DNA from: Tagaea sp. CACIAM 22H2
GTDB taxonomy: Bacteria > Pseudomonadota > Alphaproteobacteria > CACIAM-22H2
Length of the DNA: 64,000 bases
Direction of reading: 5' to 3'
Assembly (NCBI GenBank): GCA_014444615.1
Contig: PVXE01000015.1
Span: forward strand, 12,124-76,123
Shown: positions 1 to 8,781 of the stretch, piece after piece
Numbering within the stretch: position 1 is the first letter of the stretch
Layout: the number at the start of each line of letters is the position of its first letter
Notes under the pieces: generated by a model
What the model saw: only the letters and a program-made list of their open reading frames with translations
Told to the model about the DNA's origin: nothing
Databases searched by the model: none
Position numbers and translations under genes: made by a program

Positions 1-508
1 CGATGGCGCCGGTGGCGACGACTTCGACCTTCACGTCTTCGATGCGCAAGCCCGCCTTCTTCAGGCCCGCCTGGAGCTGAAGATAATTCGGGCTGCCCAG
101 CGCCGTGACGGCCACGGTCTTGCCCTTCAAGTCGGCATAGGTCTTGATCTTCCCATCGGCCTTGGTCAGCAACGCGCCAATACCGCGCTGATAGGTGGTG
201 TGGATCACCTTCACCGGCAGGCCGTTCGCCTTGGCCGCGATCACCGAATCGCCGTTCGGGAATCCGAAATCGACATTGCCGGCGGCGACGTTGCGCATGA
301 TGTCGGAACCTGCCGCGTAGATGACGTTGAGTTCCAGATTGCGCTTGGCGAAGAAGCCCTTTTCGATGCCGGCATAGATCGGCGCGTAGAACGGCACGGC
401 GGCACCGTCGATCTGCAACGTGACGGCCGTTTTGGCTTGCGCGTGAACAAGGCCCGGTGCGAAAGCCGACGCGGCAGCGGCGGCGAGGATTTGGCGGCGA
501 TTCATCAT
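1..508 (-). CDS. ABC transporter substrate-binding protein, NMT1/THI5-like (NitT/TauT family); only the N-terminal part is in the window
   Basis: Not in the ORF track because there is no stop in the window. My translation from ATG 508 downward reads MMNRRQILAAAAASAFAPGLVHAQAKTAVTLQIDGAAVPFYAPIYAGIEKGFFAKRNLELNVIYAAGSDIMRNVAAGNVDFGFPNGD... It has an RR-type signal peptide followed by an SsuA/NMT1-like sequence. The ATG overlaps the upstream stop (ATGA at 505-508). Confidence 0.7.
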   Translation of the reverse strand, partial: MMNRRQILAAAAASAFAPGLVHAQAKTAVTLQIDGAAVPFYAPIYAGIEKGFFAKRNLELNVIYAAGSDIMRNVAAGNVDFGFPNGDSVIAAKANGLPVKVIHTTYQRGIGALLTKADGKIKTYADLKGKTVAVTALGSPNYLQLQAGLKKAGLRIEDVKVEVVATGAI

Positions 509-1317
509 GGGGAGACTCCCTTTTTGGTGGACGAGAAAAGATCGAGGGCCGCACGCAGCGCGATGCGCACGACGGCTTCTTGGGCGGGTTCGTAATCTTC
601 AAGCCAGCGATCGGTGGTGCGATCGCCATGCACGGCGAGGATGGCGCCGGCTTGCAGACCCAGCGCCGCACCCACCGTCAGGATCGTTTCGGTTTCCATA
701 TCGCAGCCCACGGCGCCTTGCGCGGCGAATTTCGCGATCGGATCGTCGTCGGACGACGGACCGGCGGCGTCGCCGAAAAGTGGGCGCCCTTGGCCGCGAT
801 AGTAGGAATCGGTCGTGGCGACGCGCCCGACGCGATGCGCGGTGCCGTCGTTTTGCGCGGCGTTGGCAAGTGCCGCGACGATCTGCGGCGACGCGTTCAC
901 GGGCCCTTTCGCGCCATAGACGCGCGCGGCCCCCGTGCCGCCGATTGCGTCATCCACGATCAACATGCCGCCCAAAGGCAGGCCGGGCGCGATGGCGCCC
1001 ATGCCGCCGATGCGAACCGCGATCTTGGCGCCAAGATTGGCAAGCTCGACCAGTGCGATCTCGGTCGAGGGGCCGCCGATTCCGGTCGAACACAAAGTGA
1101 CGCCGACGCCGTCCACCGTCGCGCTCGCCATCCGATATTCGCGCCGCTGACCCAGATCGCGGGCATTCGGCAGCAGCTTGGCGGCGAGACCGACGCGCGC
1201 GGGATCCCCCGGCAGCAGCACGATCGGCCCCACATCGCCCGGCGCGCAAGGCAGATGCGGCGGCTTGCCGTCCTTCCACGGAAACGCGGCGCGGCGCTGG
1301 TTCGACTTGTCGTTCAT
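505..1317 (-). CDS. Nucleoside phosphorylase, PNP_UDP_1 family (uridine phosphorylase-like)
   Basis: This is the C-terminal 270 aa of track ORF 505..2007. The segment MNDKSNQRRAAFPWKDG...REYRMASATVDGVGVTLCSTGIGGPSTEIALVELANLGAKIAVRIGGMG...GCDMETETILTVGAALG carries STGIGGPS and EME-type motifs. ATG 1317 overlaps the permease stop (ATGA). The longer 500-aa reading is an Arg-rich run through the permease gene in another frame. Confidence 0.75.
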   Translation of the reverse strand: MNDKSNQRRAAFPWKDGKPPHLPCAPGDVGPIVLLPGDPARVGLAAKLLPNARDLGQRREYRMASATVDGVGVTLCSTGIGGPSTEIALVELANLGAKIAVRIGGMGAIAPGLPLGGMLIVDDAIGGTGAARVYGAKGPVNASPQIVAALANAAQNDGTAHRVGRVATTDSYYRGQGRPLFGDAAGPSSDDDPIAKFAAQGAVGCDMETETILTVGAALGLQAGAILAVHGDRTTDRWLEDYEPAQEAVVRIALRAALDLFSSTKKGVSP

Positions 1318-2096
1318 TGTTTCCACCGCAGCAGACACCGTTCGGCGGCTTCCAGCGATACATGCACGGCAATACCCAGTGCCACGGTCAGCAGCACCGC
1401 GGCGAACAGCAGCGGCGTTTTGTAGGTGGCCGAGGCGAAGGTCATCAAATGGCCGAGGCCGAGCTTGCCCGACATCCACTCGCCCAGGATCGCGCCGACC
1501 ACGGCTTGGACGGCGCCGATGCGCAAGCCGATGAAAATCTCGGGCAGCGCCATCGGCAATTCGACGCGCATCAAACGCTGCCAGGTCGTCAGCTTCAAGA
1601 TACGCGCGAGTTCCAATGCGTTCTGCGGCACGCCGCGCAAACCTACGATCGTCGCGACCAGCACGGGGAACAGCACCAGCGACACGATCAGCACGATCTT
1701 CGACGTCGTGCCGAAGCCGAACCAGATGACGAATAACGGGGCGAGCGCGATCTTGGGTGCGGTTTGCAGCAGCAGGATCGGCCCGTCGAGCCAGCGTTCC
1801 AGCGTGGGCGATTTCGCCAGCACGAAACCCAGCGCGAAACCCGCCAGCGCGCCCAACACCAAACCGAACACGACATTGCCGAAGGTGAAGCCCAGATCGC
1901 GCCATAAGGCGCCGGAGATCGCGAGATCGGCGAGTGCCCCGCCGACAGCACCAGGGGCCGGCAGCATATAGGCCGGCGCGTCCGTCGCCGTCACATAGAC
2001 CTGCCACGCGATCACGATCGCGACGATCCCGGCGAGGTGATCGACGATCGGCGGCACGCGGCGCGGGGCCGACGGAACGGCGACGGCGTCGCTCAT
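1314..2096 (-). CDS. ABC transporter permease (SsuC/TauC-like)
   Basis: Track ORF of 260 aa. It is multi-pass hydrophobic with an EAA-like loop (ALELARILKLTTWQRLMRVELPMALPEIF). There are 4-nt overlaps on both sides. Confidence 0.85.
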   Translation of the reverse strand: MSDAVAVPSAPRRVPPIVDHLAGIVAIVIAWQVYVTATDAPAYMLPAPGAVGGALADLAISGALWRDLGFTFGNVVFGLVLGALAGFALGFVLAKSPTLERWLDGPILLLQTAPKIALAPLFVIWFGFGTTSKIVLIVSLVLFPVLVATIVGLRGVPQNALELARILKLTTWQRLMRVELPMALPEIFIGLRIGAVQAVVGAILGEWMSGKLGLGHLMTFASATYKTPLLFAAVLLTVALGIAVHVSLEAAERCLLRWKQ

Positions 2097-2842
2097 TTCA
2101 GTTCCCGCCGGAACGTCGCCATGAATTGATGGAAGCGCGGATCGAGCTTCGTCGCCTCGCCGCGCGGATGCGGCAGATCGACATCGTGGATCGCGCGCAC
2201 CCGGCCGGGACGCGCGCTCATCACCACCACGCGATCGGAGAGATACGCCGCTTCTTCGACCGAATGGGTGACGAAGACGATCGTCTTTTTCGTCGCGCGC
2301 CAGATCTGGAGCAATTCGTCGTTCATCCGGTCGCGCGTCAGCAGATCCAGCGCGCCGAACGGCTCGTCCATCAGCAGGATCGGCGGATCGTAGGAAAGGG
2401 CGCGCGCGATCGCCGCGCGCTGACGCATGCCGCCGGAAAGCTGGTGCGGCAGCGCATCCTCGAAGCCCTGCAGGCCAACCATCTTGATCAGGCGATGCGC
2501 GGTCGCGTCGGCTTCGGCGCGCGGCACGCCGCCGGTATCGAGCGGAAAGCGGATATTGGCGAGCGTCGAAAGCCAGGGCAGGAGTACGGGCTCCTGAAAC
2601 ACGAAGCCGATCGGCCGCGCCACGCCTGTCGCGGCGATGGTCAGCTTGCCGTCGCTGGGCGTTTCGAGGCCCGCGATGATCCGCAGCAAGGTGGATTTGC
2701 CGCAGCCCGACGGACCGACGATCGACAGGAACTGCCCGGCGGGAATCGTCAAATCCACCGGGGTCAGCGCGTCGACCGGCTCGCCCTTGGGGCCCGCGAA
2801 CCTTTTCGACACGGCTTCAATTGTAATCATACCGCCGTCCAA
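2093..2842 (-). CDS. ABC transporter ATP-binding protein (nitrate/sulfonate/taurine type)
   Basis: Walker A GPSGCGKST, signature LSGGMRQR, Walker B LLMDEPFGALD. The true start may be the internal MITIEAV (about 2830). Confidence 0.9.
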   Translation of the reverse strand: MDGGMITIEAVSKRFAGPKGEPVDALTPVDLTIPAGQFLSIVGPSGCGKSTLLRIIAGLETPSDGKLTIAATGVARPIGFVFQEPVLLPWLSTLANIRFPLDTGGVPRAEADATAHRLIKMVGLQGFEDALPHQLSGGMRQRAAIARALSYDPPILLMDEPFGALDLLTRDRMNDELLQIWRATKKTIVFVTHSVEEAAYLSDRVVVMSARPGRVRAIHDVDLPHPRGEATKLDPRFHQFMATFRRELK

Positions 2843-2881
2843 GCAAATGAACGGCCAGTTATAGGGGAAGTGGGGCGTCCG

Positions 2882-3517
2882 TCAAACCGGCGCTTGCGCC
2901 GTCGCGTAGATCGCGTAGCCGCCGAGAATGTCCCGCGTGCGGGCGTGGAACCCCCGTTCCGCCGCAAGAGACGCGAATACGTCCAGCAGATCGTCGCGCG
3001 GCGCGACATGGAAAGCCGCGAGCCAGGCGCGCAACGCCGCTTTGGCGGGGCCCGGCCAGCGCCGCTGCGTGCCGAAATCGACCACAGCGATCCGCCCGCC
3101 CGGCGCCACGGCATCGAACGCACGGGTCAGGGCCGCACGCCAATCGGGGATCATCGACAGCGTATAGGCGCAGAACACGCGCTCGAAGCCTTTGCGCCCG
3201 AACACGGCTTGCGGATCGAACGTTGCCGCATCGGCCTGCGCCAACGCCGCGCGACGGTCGAGTTTGGCTTCCGCCGCGTCGAGCATCACCCGGCTGATGT
3301 CGAAACCATAGAAGCGCGCGGCTTTATATCGGCTGGCGGCGACGGCGAGATTGCGCCCCGTACCGCAGCCGATCTCCAACACACCGCCGTCCTGGGACGG
3401 GTCAAGTTCCGCGATCAAACGGTCGCGGCCGAGCAGATAATATTTGCGCGTAAGGTCGTAGATCGGCGTCTGCCAGCGATAGACGCCGTCCATCAACCCG
3501 GCATGGGCGGTATTCAC
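2882..3517 (-). CDS. btaB: SAM-dependent N-methyltransferase of betaine-lipid (DGTS) synthesis, BtaB-like
   Basis: MDGVYRWQTPIYDLTRKYYLLGRDRLI...VLEIGCGTGRNL (motif I of class I methyltransferases). It lies directly downstream of the BtaA-like gene. GTG 3517 overlaps the btaA stop (GTGA). The alternative ATG is at 3493. The track ORF extension to 3949 lies inside btaA. Confidence 0.7.
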   Translation of the reverse strand: MNTAHAGLMDGVYRWQTPIYDLTRKYYLLGRDRLIAELDPSQDGGVLEIGCGTGRNLAVAASRYKAARFYGFDISRVMLDAAEAKLDRRAALAQADAATFDPQAVFGRKGFERVFCAYTLSMIPDWRAALTRAFDAVAPGGRIAVVDFGTQRRWPGPAKAALRAWLAAFHVAPRDDLLDVFASLAAERGFHARTRDILGGYAIYATAQAPV

Positions 3518-4773
3518 GCGGCCACTCCGTCGCGCAAGCGATAGAGATGGAACCCGCCATAGATCGCCGAACGATCGCGCAACGTGCCTTCGCGGCTTTC
3601 GGCCTCGGCATAATCCCACATGCCGAGCAGTTCGGGCGCCAAGCGGCCCGGCAGCAGCGAGGGCTCCGCCGCCGTGCGGAAGATGACGCGGGCACCCGGA
3701 CGGGCCGCATGCGCGATCGCGCGCCACAGCCGGTTCAGCGTGGAATCGTCCATCCAATCCTGGGCATCGAGCAGCACGAAGGCGTCGAAGCTGCCGGGCG
3801 CGGCCGCTTCGAAGACGTCGATCATATTGGCTTGGCGCAGTTCGATGCGCGCGGCGCGCGCGCGGAACGTCTCGTAGTTTTCCGCCTTCAAATGCGCCGG
3901 CAACGCCATTGCCGCCGCAGGTGGATAGGCGCGGCCGAAGGCTTGCCAAGCGAAGTAATTCTCCGACAGCGGAAAGCCGCAGGCCAAGCGTTCGAGCCGC
4001 GCTTCCAGCACATCGGCCATCGCCCCGCCTTCGGGGGCCGCTTCCAGCAGCGAGCGATACTGTGCGGGCGGAATACCCAGGCCGTAAAGCGACGCGGGAT
4101 TATCGACGATCTTGCGGAACAATTTGCCCTTCAGGATCGGCCTTATCTCGGCGTCGAAGATGCGCTTTTGGGCGTCGAGCGAATCGGCCTCCAGCAAGCG
4201 GCGCGGGTCGCGGCGATGCAGCTTCGCGAAAATATGCCCCGCCCCGATGAAGCGGCCGAGCAAGCCTTCGCGATAGAGATGGCGTTTGAACGCGCCGATC
4301 CGGCGGCGGCCGCGCCAATCGCGCGCATCCCAATAGTCGCGCGCGTATTCGTCCAGCGCCGGGCGCAGATAGGCGTCGTAAAGCGCCGGATTATCCTTGG
4401 CCGCCGCCGCGCCCAAGAACCGGAAATAGGTCGCATGATCCGGCAAATGTCGCAACGCCGCGATCTTCAGCTTGGCTAGCGCGATATGATGCGCGTTGAG
4501 GTCGATCGCCAGCACGCGTTCGGGATCGGCGGCGAGATAGGCGAGCGCGTTGCACCCGCCCGAGCAAATCGTCGCGATCCGCGCGCCCGGCTTCAGCGCC
4601 AGCGCTTCGAGATCGACATCCGGGTCCTCCCAGATCTGGGCGTAAACGAGACCGGAGAAGAGCAGCGAGAAAAGCCGCTCGCGCAGGCCTTCGGGCGACA
4701 AGGTACGGCTGCGTTTGACCGCTTTCGTCACGTTGCGCAGCGTGGTGGGCGCGGCAATTCCTTGCGAGAGCAT
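3514..4773 (-). CDS. btaA: S-adenosylmethionine:diacylglycerol 3-amino-3-carboxypropyl transferase, BtaA-like (DUF3419)
   Basis: 419 aa. It has the N-terminal YAQIWEDPDVDLEAL motif and the ICSGGCNALAYL Rossmann-like segment that I associate with BtaA/DUF3419. It is paired with a downstream methyltransferase, as in the Rhodobacter btaAB operon. Confidence 0.75.
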   Translation of the reverse strand: MLSQGIAAPTTLRNVTKAVKRSRTLSPEGLRERLFSLLFSGLVYAQIWEDPDVDLEALALKPGARIATICSGGCNALAYLAADPERVLAIDLNAHHIALAKLKIAALRHLPDHATYFRFLGAAAAKDNPALYDAYLRPALDEYARDYWDARDWRGRRRIGAFKRHLYREGLLGRFIGAGHIFAKLHRRDPRRLLEADSLDAQKRIFDAEIRPILKGKLFRKIVDNPASLYGLGIPPAQYRSLLEAAPEGGAMADVLEARLERLACGFPLSENYFAWQAFGRAYPPAAAMALPAHLKAENYETFRARAARIELRQANMIDVFEAAAPGSFDAFVLLDAQDWMDDSTLNRLWRAIAHAARPGARVIFRTAAEPSLLPGRLAPELLGMWDYAEAESREGTLRDRSAIYGGFHLYRLRDGVAA

Positions 4774-4834
4774 CGGCAGCGGAACCTCGTTCGCGTCGAG
4801 TCGGGAAGTCTTCCTCCCTCGATAGGCCGCGCGA

Positions 4835-4863
4835 ATGACGCCCGCGTGATCGCTTCGTGACGG
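4835..4863 (-). promoter_or_regulatory. Pho-box-like triple direct repeat upstream of btaA
   Basis: The minus strand reads CCGTCAC-GAAG-CGATCAC-GCGG-GCGTCAT. These are three 7-mers related to CTGTCAT at exact 11-bp phasing, 62-90 nt upstream of the btaA ATG. Confidence 0.4.
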
Positions 4864-4871
4864 TTACGTTG

Positions 4872-5993
4872 CTAGTGCCGCATCACCACGCGCACCGGCT
4901 CGCGCAGCGGCCGGAACTGGTGGTAGGACCGCACGCGCGACAGCAGCGTATCGGTGATTTCGAATCCGGCTTTCAGCAGAATGCCGCCATCGGCGGCGAC
5001 CGCCAGATCGTCGATCAGGATCAGGCCGGGATAAAGCTCGGCGATTTTCTTGGTGCTGACGTCGCCGCCGCGCGCCGCTTCGCCCTGCAGCAGCGCGTCG
5101 CGGATCGCGGCGAAGATGCCGGGGTCGTATTCCGTGCCGGCGGCGTTGCCGAGCTTGGCGAAAACCAAGCCCAGCGGCATGCCGGTTTCCAGCCCGGCGG
5201 CGACGTCGATCAATACGCGCAAGGCTTTCGCGCCGACGGGCGCGCCGGTCGATGCGGGCGCGCGATGATGGCGCACGATCAGCGCGACCTGCGCGAGGCG
5301 CGGAATTTTGACGAGCATGTCGGCGCCGATGGCCGGCACGCGCGCCGCGTGTTCGCTTTCCGCGGGCTCGAGCTTCGCGCCGCTCGCCAGCTTGGCGCGA
5401 AGATCGGCGGGCAGCGCCGTCAACCCGAGCGGATGGAGCATCGCCGCGAGATCGAGCTCCCACGGGCTGACATCCGGCAAGGCGCCGGCGGCCTGGCGCG
5501 CGAGCCCGCGCGCGCGCATACCGCGCCCGAAAGCGGTGGGGTCCATGCCCATCAACACCTCGACCAGCACGCCGACCGCGCCGCCCAGCGTGCGCTCGAC
5601 CAATTCGCGCTCGGCCGTGATCAGGCGGTGCTGGGCCATCGCGTCGGTCAGCGCGCCGATCACGTCCTCGGGCGCGCAAGGCTTGTTCAGGAAGCGGAAG
5701 ATCGCGCCGCGATTGACGGCGCGCACGGCCGTCTCCTGATCCGCGTTCCCGGTCAGCATCAGGCGCACGATATCCGGCGCTTGTGTGCGCACGCGGGAAA
5801 GAAGCTCCACGCCGTCCATGCCGGGCATGCGCATGTCGGACAACACGATCGCGAAGCCGCTGCCGTCGCCCAGCTTTTCGAGCGCCTGATCGCCGCCGGT
5901 CGCGATGTCGACCTCGAACTTGCCGAACAGCTGGCGGCGCAAGCCCGACAGGACGTTGGGCTCGTCGTCGACCAGAAGGACGCGCGCCGTCAC
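4872..5993 (-). CDS. Response regulator: REC + degenerate HD-GYP-like output domain
   Basis: REC segment: VTARVLLVDDEPNVLSGL...LSDMRMPGMDG...LNKP. The output domain follows the HD-GYP layout, but HD is HP (AAMLHPLG) and HHExxDGxGYP is HHRAPASTGAP. GTG 5993 overlaps the upstream stop (GTGA). The track ORF extension to 6458 lies in the neighbouring gene. Confidence 0.75.
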   Translation of the reverse strand: MTARVLLVDDEPNVLSGLRRQLFGKFEVDIATGGDQALEKLGDGSGFAIVLSDMRMPGMDGVELLSRVRTQAPDIVRLMLTGNADQETAVRAVNRGAIFRFLNKPCAPEDVIGALTDAMAQHRLITAERELVERTLGGAVGVLVEVLMGMDPTAFGRGMRARGLARQAAGALPDVSPWELDLAAMLHPLGLTALPADLRAKLASGAKLEPAESEHAARVPAIGADMLVKIPRLAQVALIVRHHRAPASTGAPVGAKALRVLIDVAAGLETGMPLGLVFAKLGNAAGTEYDPGIFAAIRDALLQGEAARGGDVSTKKIAELYPGLILIDDLAVAADGGILLKAGFEITDTLLSRVRSYHQFRPLREPVRVVMRH

Positions 5994-7189
5994 GACACCA
6001 GATCCTTCGTCGCGTTCTCGAAGGCGAGCCTGTCGCGCCATTGCTGCGTCCAGTCCAGCCGCCCGATATCGTGAAGATAGATTTCGTCGATCTTCATGGC
6101 GAAATCTCCGGGCGTGATAAGCGCATCGGCGATATGCACCACCGAATGGAGACCGAAATCGAGATGGCCGCAGCGCATCGGCTCGTGGTGATAGCTGGCG
6201 GCGGCCGTCAGATTGTCCGGCAGGCCCCAGATCGACAAAAGATGGGCGCCGATCTGGGCGTGCGTCGTGCCGAGATGCTCGCGTTCGACCAGATAGCGCG
6301 GGACTTGCGTGGCTTCGCTCTCCTCGCGGATGCGCGCGTCGAGCTCGGGCCGGATGGCGGCGAGAACGACGGCGCCGATGTCGTGCAGGAAGCCGGCGAC
6401 GAAGGCTTCGTCGGGCGTCGCCTCCGGCGCGCCGACGCTTTCCCACAGGCGGCGGCACAGCGCACCCATGGCGAGGCTATGACGGACGATCTCCTCGATC
6501 GGCGCGGCGTTCAGCCCGGCGGCTTCGAGCTGGGCGAGCAGCCCGGCCTTCAGCACCAGCGCGCGCACGATGTCGAGCCCGAGGAAGTTCATCGCCTGCA
6601 GCGGCGTGGCGATGCTGCGCCCGACGCCGAAGAACGCCGAGTTGGCGATCTGCAGCAGCTTCGCGGTCAGCGCGATGTCGCGGCCGACGATCGCGGCGAC
6701 GTTGGCGATCGACCCATCGGGCTTGCGCAGCTCCGCCACCAGGTCGAGATAGGTCTGCGGCGGGGACGGCAACCGGCGCAGCCCTTCGACGCAGGCGCGC
6801 AGCGTCTTGTCGTTGATCTCGTCGCGCAAGCGCACCGCGCGCTCGACCGTGCCGACGATACGCGTGCTGTCGCAAGGCTTGGACAGGAACACATGCGTGG
6901 GCCCCACCGCGCGCAAAGCCGTCTCGCGGTCGCACTGCCCGGACAGGACGATGCGGATCGTCTCGGGATGGATCGCTTCGATGCGCGAAAGAAGCTCGGC
7001 GCCGTCCATGCCGGGCATGCGCATGTCGGTCACGATCACGTCGGCGGGCTGGCGGTCGAGTTCGCGCAGCGCGTCGTCGCCCCCGCCCGCGAAACGCATG
7101 TTCCAGCTTTCGCGCATCGGGAACAGCATCCGGCGCAGACCCGACAGGACGTTGGGCTCGTCGTCGACGAATAGAACTTCGGTTTTCAT
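5990..7189 (-). CDS. Response regulator: REC + HDOD domain
   Basis: MKTEVLFVDDEPNVLSGLRRML...TDMRMPGMDG...LSKP, then an HDOD signature (IANVAAIVGRDIALTAKLLQIANSAFFG...FLHDIGAVVL). ATG 7189 overlaps the kinase stop (ATGA). Confidence 0.85.
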   Translation of the reverse strand: MKTEVLFVDDEPNVLSGLRRMLFPMRESWNMRFAGGGDDALRELDRQPADVIVTDMRMPGMDGAELLSRIEAIHPETIRIVLSGQCDRETALRAVGPTHVFLSKPCDSTRIVGTVERAVRLRDEINDKTLRACVEGLRRLPSPPQTYLDLVAELRKPDGSIANVAAIVGRDIALTAKLLQIANSAFFGVGRSIATPLQAMNFLGLDIVRALVLKAGLLAQLEAAGLNAAPIEEIVRHSLAMGALCRRLWESVGAPEATPDEAFVAGFLHDIGAVVLAAIRPELDARIREESEATQVPRYLVEREHLGTTHAQIGAHLLSIWGLPDNLTAAASYHHEPMRCGHLDFGLHSVVHIADALITPGDFAMKIDEIYLHDIGRLDWTQQWRDRLAFENATKDLVS

Positions 7190-8781
7190 GTCGCGGTTTC
7201 CTTCGGCTGCGCGGAAGCGGGATTGAGCGGCAAGCGGATCGTGAACTCGGCGCCCCGCCCCGGCTCGGAGCGCAAGCCGAGACTGCCGCCGTGCTTCTTG
7301 ACCACGATGGTGCGGCTGATCGACAGCCCTTGCCCCGTGCCTTTGCCCGGCGGTTTGGTGGTGAAGAAGGGATCGAAGACGCGGCCGGTGTTCTCCGCGG
7401 CGACGCCGGTTCCGGTGTCGGAGACGGTGATTTCCGCCCAATCGCCGTCCTTGCGTGTGGAGATCGTGATCAGGCCGCGCTCGTCGCCTTTCGCCTCGAT
7501 CGCGTGGGCGGCGTTGACGACGAGATTCAGGACGACCTGGTTGATCTCGCCCACATGGCAAGGAACGGGCGGCAGATCGGGCGCGAAGCGTGTTTCGACG
7601 TCGGCGACGTATTTCCACTGGTTGCGGCTGACCGTCAGCGTCGTGTTGATCGCGGCATGCAGATCGGCGGGGGATTTTTCTTTCGCGTCGGGATAGGAGA
7701 ATTCCTTCACCGCCGCGACGATCTGGCGGATGCGCTCGACGCCGTCGAGCGACTGGTCGATCGCCAGCGGCACCTCCGACAGCAGGAATTCGACGTCGGA
7801 TGAGCCCGTGCCGGGCGCGCGGACCGCCGCCGACAGATCGGCGAACGCGGTCTTCAGGAAGCGCACGTTGTCGCCGACATATTGCGTGGGCGTGTTGATT
7901 TCGTGCGCGATGCCGCCCGCCAGCGTGCCCAGCGCATCCAGCTTCTGGCTTTGACGCAGTTCCGTTTCCAGCGACGCGCGCGCGCGTTCGGCTTTGCGGA
8001 TGTCGGTCACGTCGGTCCAAATGACGACGATCCCGCCTTCGCCCGTCCGCCGTTCCGCGATCGTCAGCGCGCGGCCGTCGGGCAGCGCGGCCTCATATGC
8101 GGCTGCGCGCGCGTCCGGCACTTCCCATGCGCGCATGCGCGCGGCCAGAACCGAGGCGCCGAAAGGGGCGACGATTTCCTCGATCCGGCGGCCGAAACCG
8201 GCTTTCGCGCCGGCCGACTGCGCGAGAGCAACGAACGCCCGATTGGACATGACGAAACGGCCGGTCGGATCGAACAGCGCGAAGCCTTCGCTAAGGCTTT
8301 CGACGGCGTCGGTCATGCGGCGCTGCGCGATTTGCACGCGCTGTTCGGCCTTCTCGCGTTCGGTCACGTCCTTGCCGAAACCGGCATAACCCTGGAAGGT
8401 GCCGTCCAGCGCCAGGATCGGCACGCCGCCGATTTCGACATGTCGGATAACCCCGTCGGGCCGCCGCAGCCGGTAGACGAAGCCGTCGAACGGATTGCGC
8501 TGATCCAGATCGGCCAAAAGATCGCTCAGACGATCGCGATCGGTCGACTCGGCGGCGAAGTCGAAACGCGACCGGCCGATCAGCTCTTCGGGCCTCAGCC
8601 CCGTCGAGCGCGCCACGCCCGAGGAGACCCAAGTGAATCGGAACTGCGCGTCGGTTTCCCACGCCCAGTCGTTCGAGGATTCGAGGATCGCCTCGATTCG
8701 GCGCAGCGTCGCGAAACGGCTGCGGCCTTCTTCCTTGTAGTCGCGCTGCGATGCGATTGCGGTTGCGGTTGCGGTTTCCAT
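7186..8781 (-). CDS. Cytoplasmic PAS-PAS sensor histidine kinase
   Basis: 531 aa with no TM segment evident. There are two PAS-like blocks, then an H-box (LAGGIAHEINTP), N-box (LNLVVNAAHAI) and G-boxes (DTGTG, GTGQGLS). Confidence 0.85.
   Translation of the reverse strand: METATATAIASQRDYKEEGRSRFATLRRIEAILESSNDWAWETDAQFRFTWVSSGVARSTGLRPEELIGRSRFDFAAESTDRDRLSDLLADLDQRNPFDGFVYRLRRPDGVIRHVEIGGVPILALDGTFQGYAGFGKDVTEREKAEQRVQIAQRRMTDAVESLSEGFALFDPTGRFVMSNRAFVALAQSAGAKAGFGRRIEEIVAPFGASVLAARMRAWEVPDARAAAYEAALPDGRALTIAERRTGEGGIVVIWTDVTDIRKAERARASLETELRQSQKLDALGTLAGGIAHEINTPTQYVGDNVRFLKTAFADLSAAVRAPGTGSSDVEFLLSEVPLAIDQSLDGVERIRQIVAAVKEFSYPDAKEKSPADLHAAINTTLTVSRNQWKYVADVETRFAPDLPPVPCHVGEINQVVLNLVVNAAHAIEAKGDERGLITISTRKDGDWAEITVSDTGTGVAAENTGRVFDPFFTTKPPGKGTGQGLSISRTIVVKKHGGSLGLRSEPGRGAEFTIRLPLNPASAQPKETAT
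8752..8775 (-). repeat. Hexanucleotide tandem repeat just after the kinase start codon
   Basis: The plus strand has TGCGAT followed by (TGCGGT)x3. This encodes the ATATA run in METATATAIAS. Confidence 0.8.

Noticed and set aside
505-2007. 500-aa reading of the nucleoside phosphorylase ORF. Similar N-terminal extensions occur in 8918..10834, 17123..20182, 42230..43672, 56910..59009, 58987..60525, 61094..62701, 2882..3949, 5990..8020 and 4872..6458.
   Set aside because: In each case the extra N-terminal part is Arg-rich, lies out of frame within the upstream gene, and ends at an internal start that overlaps the upstream stop codon. I trimmed each to the coupled start.
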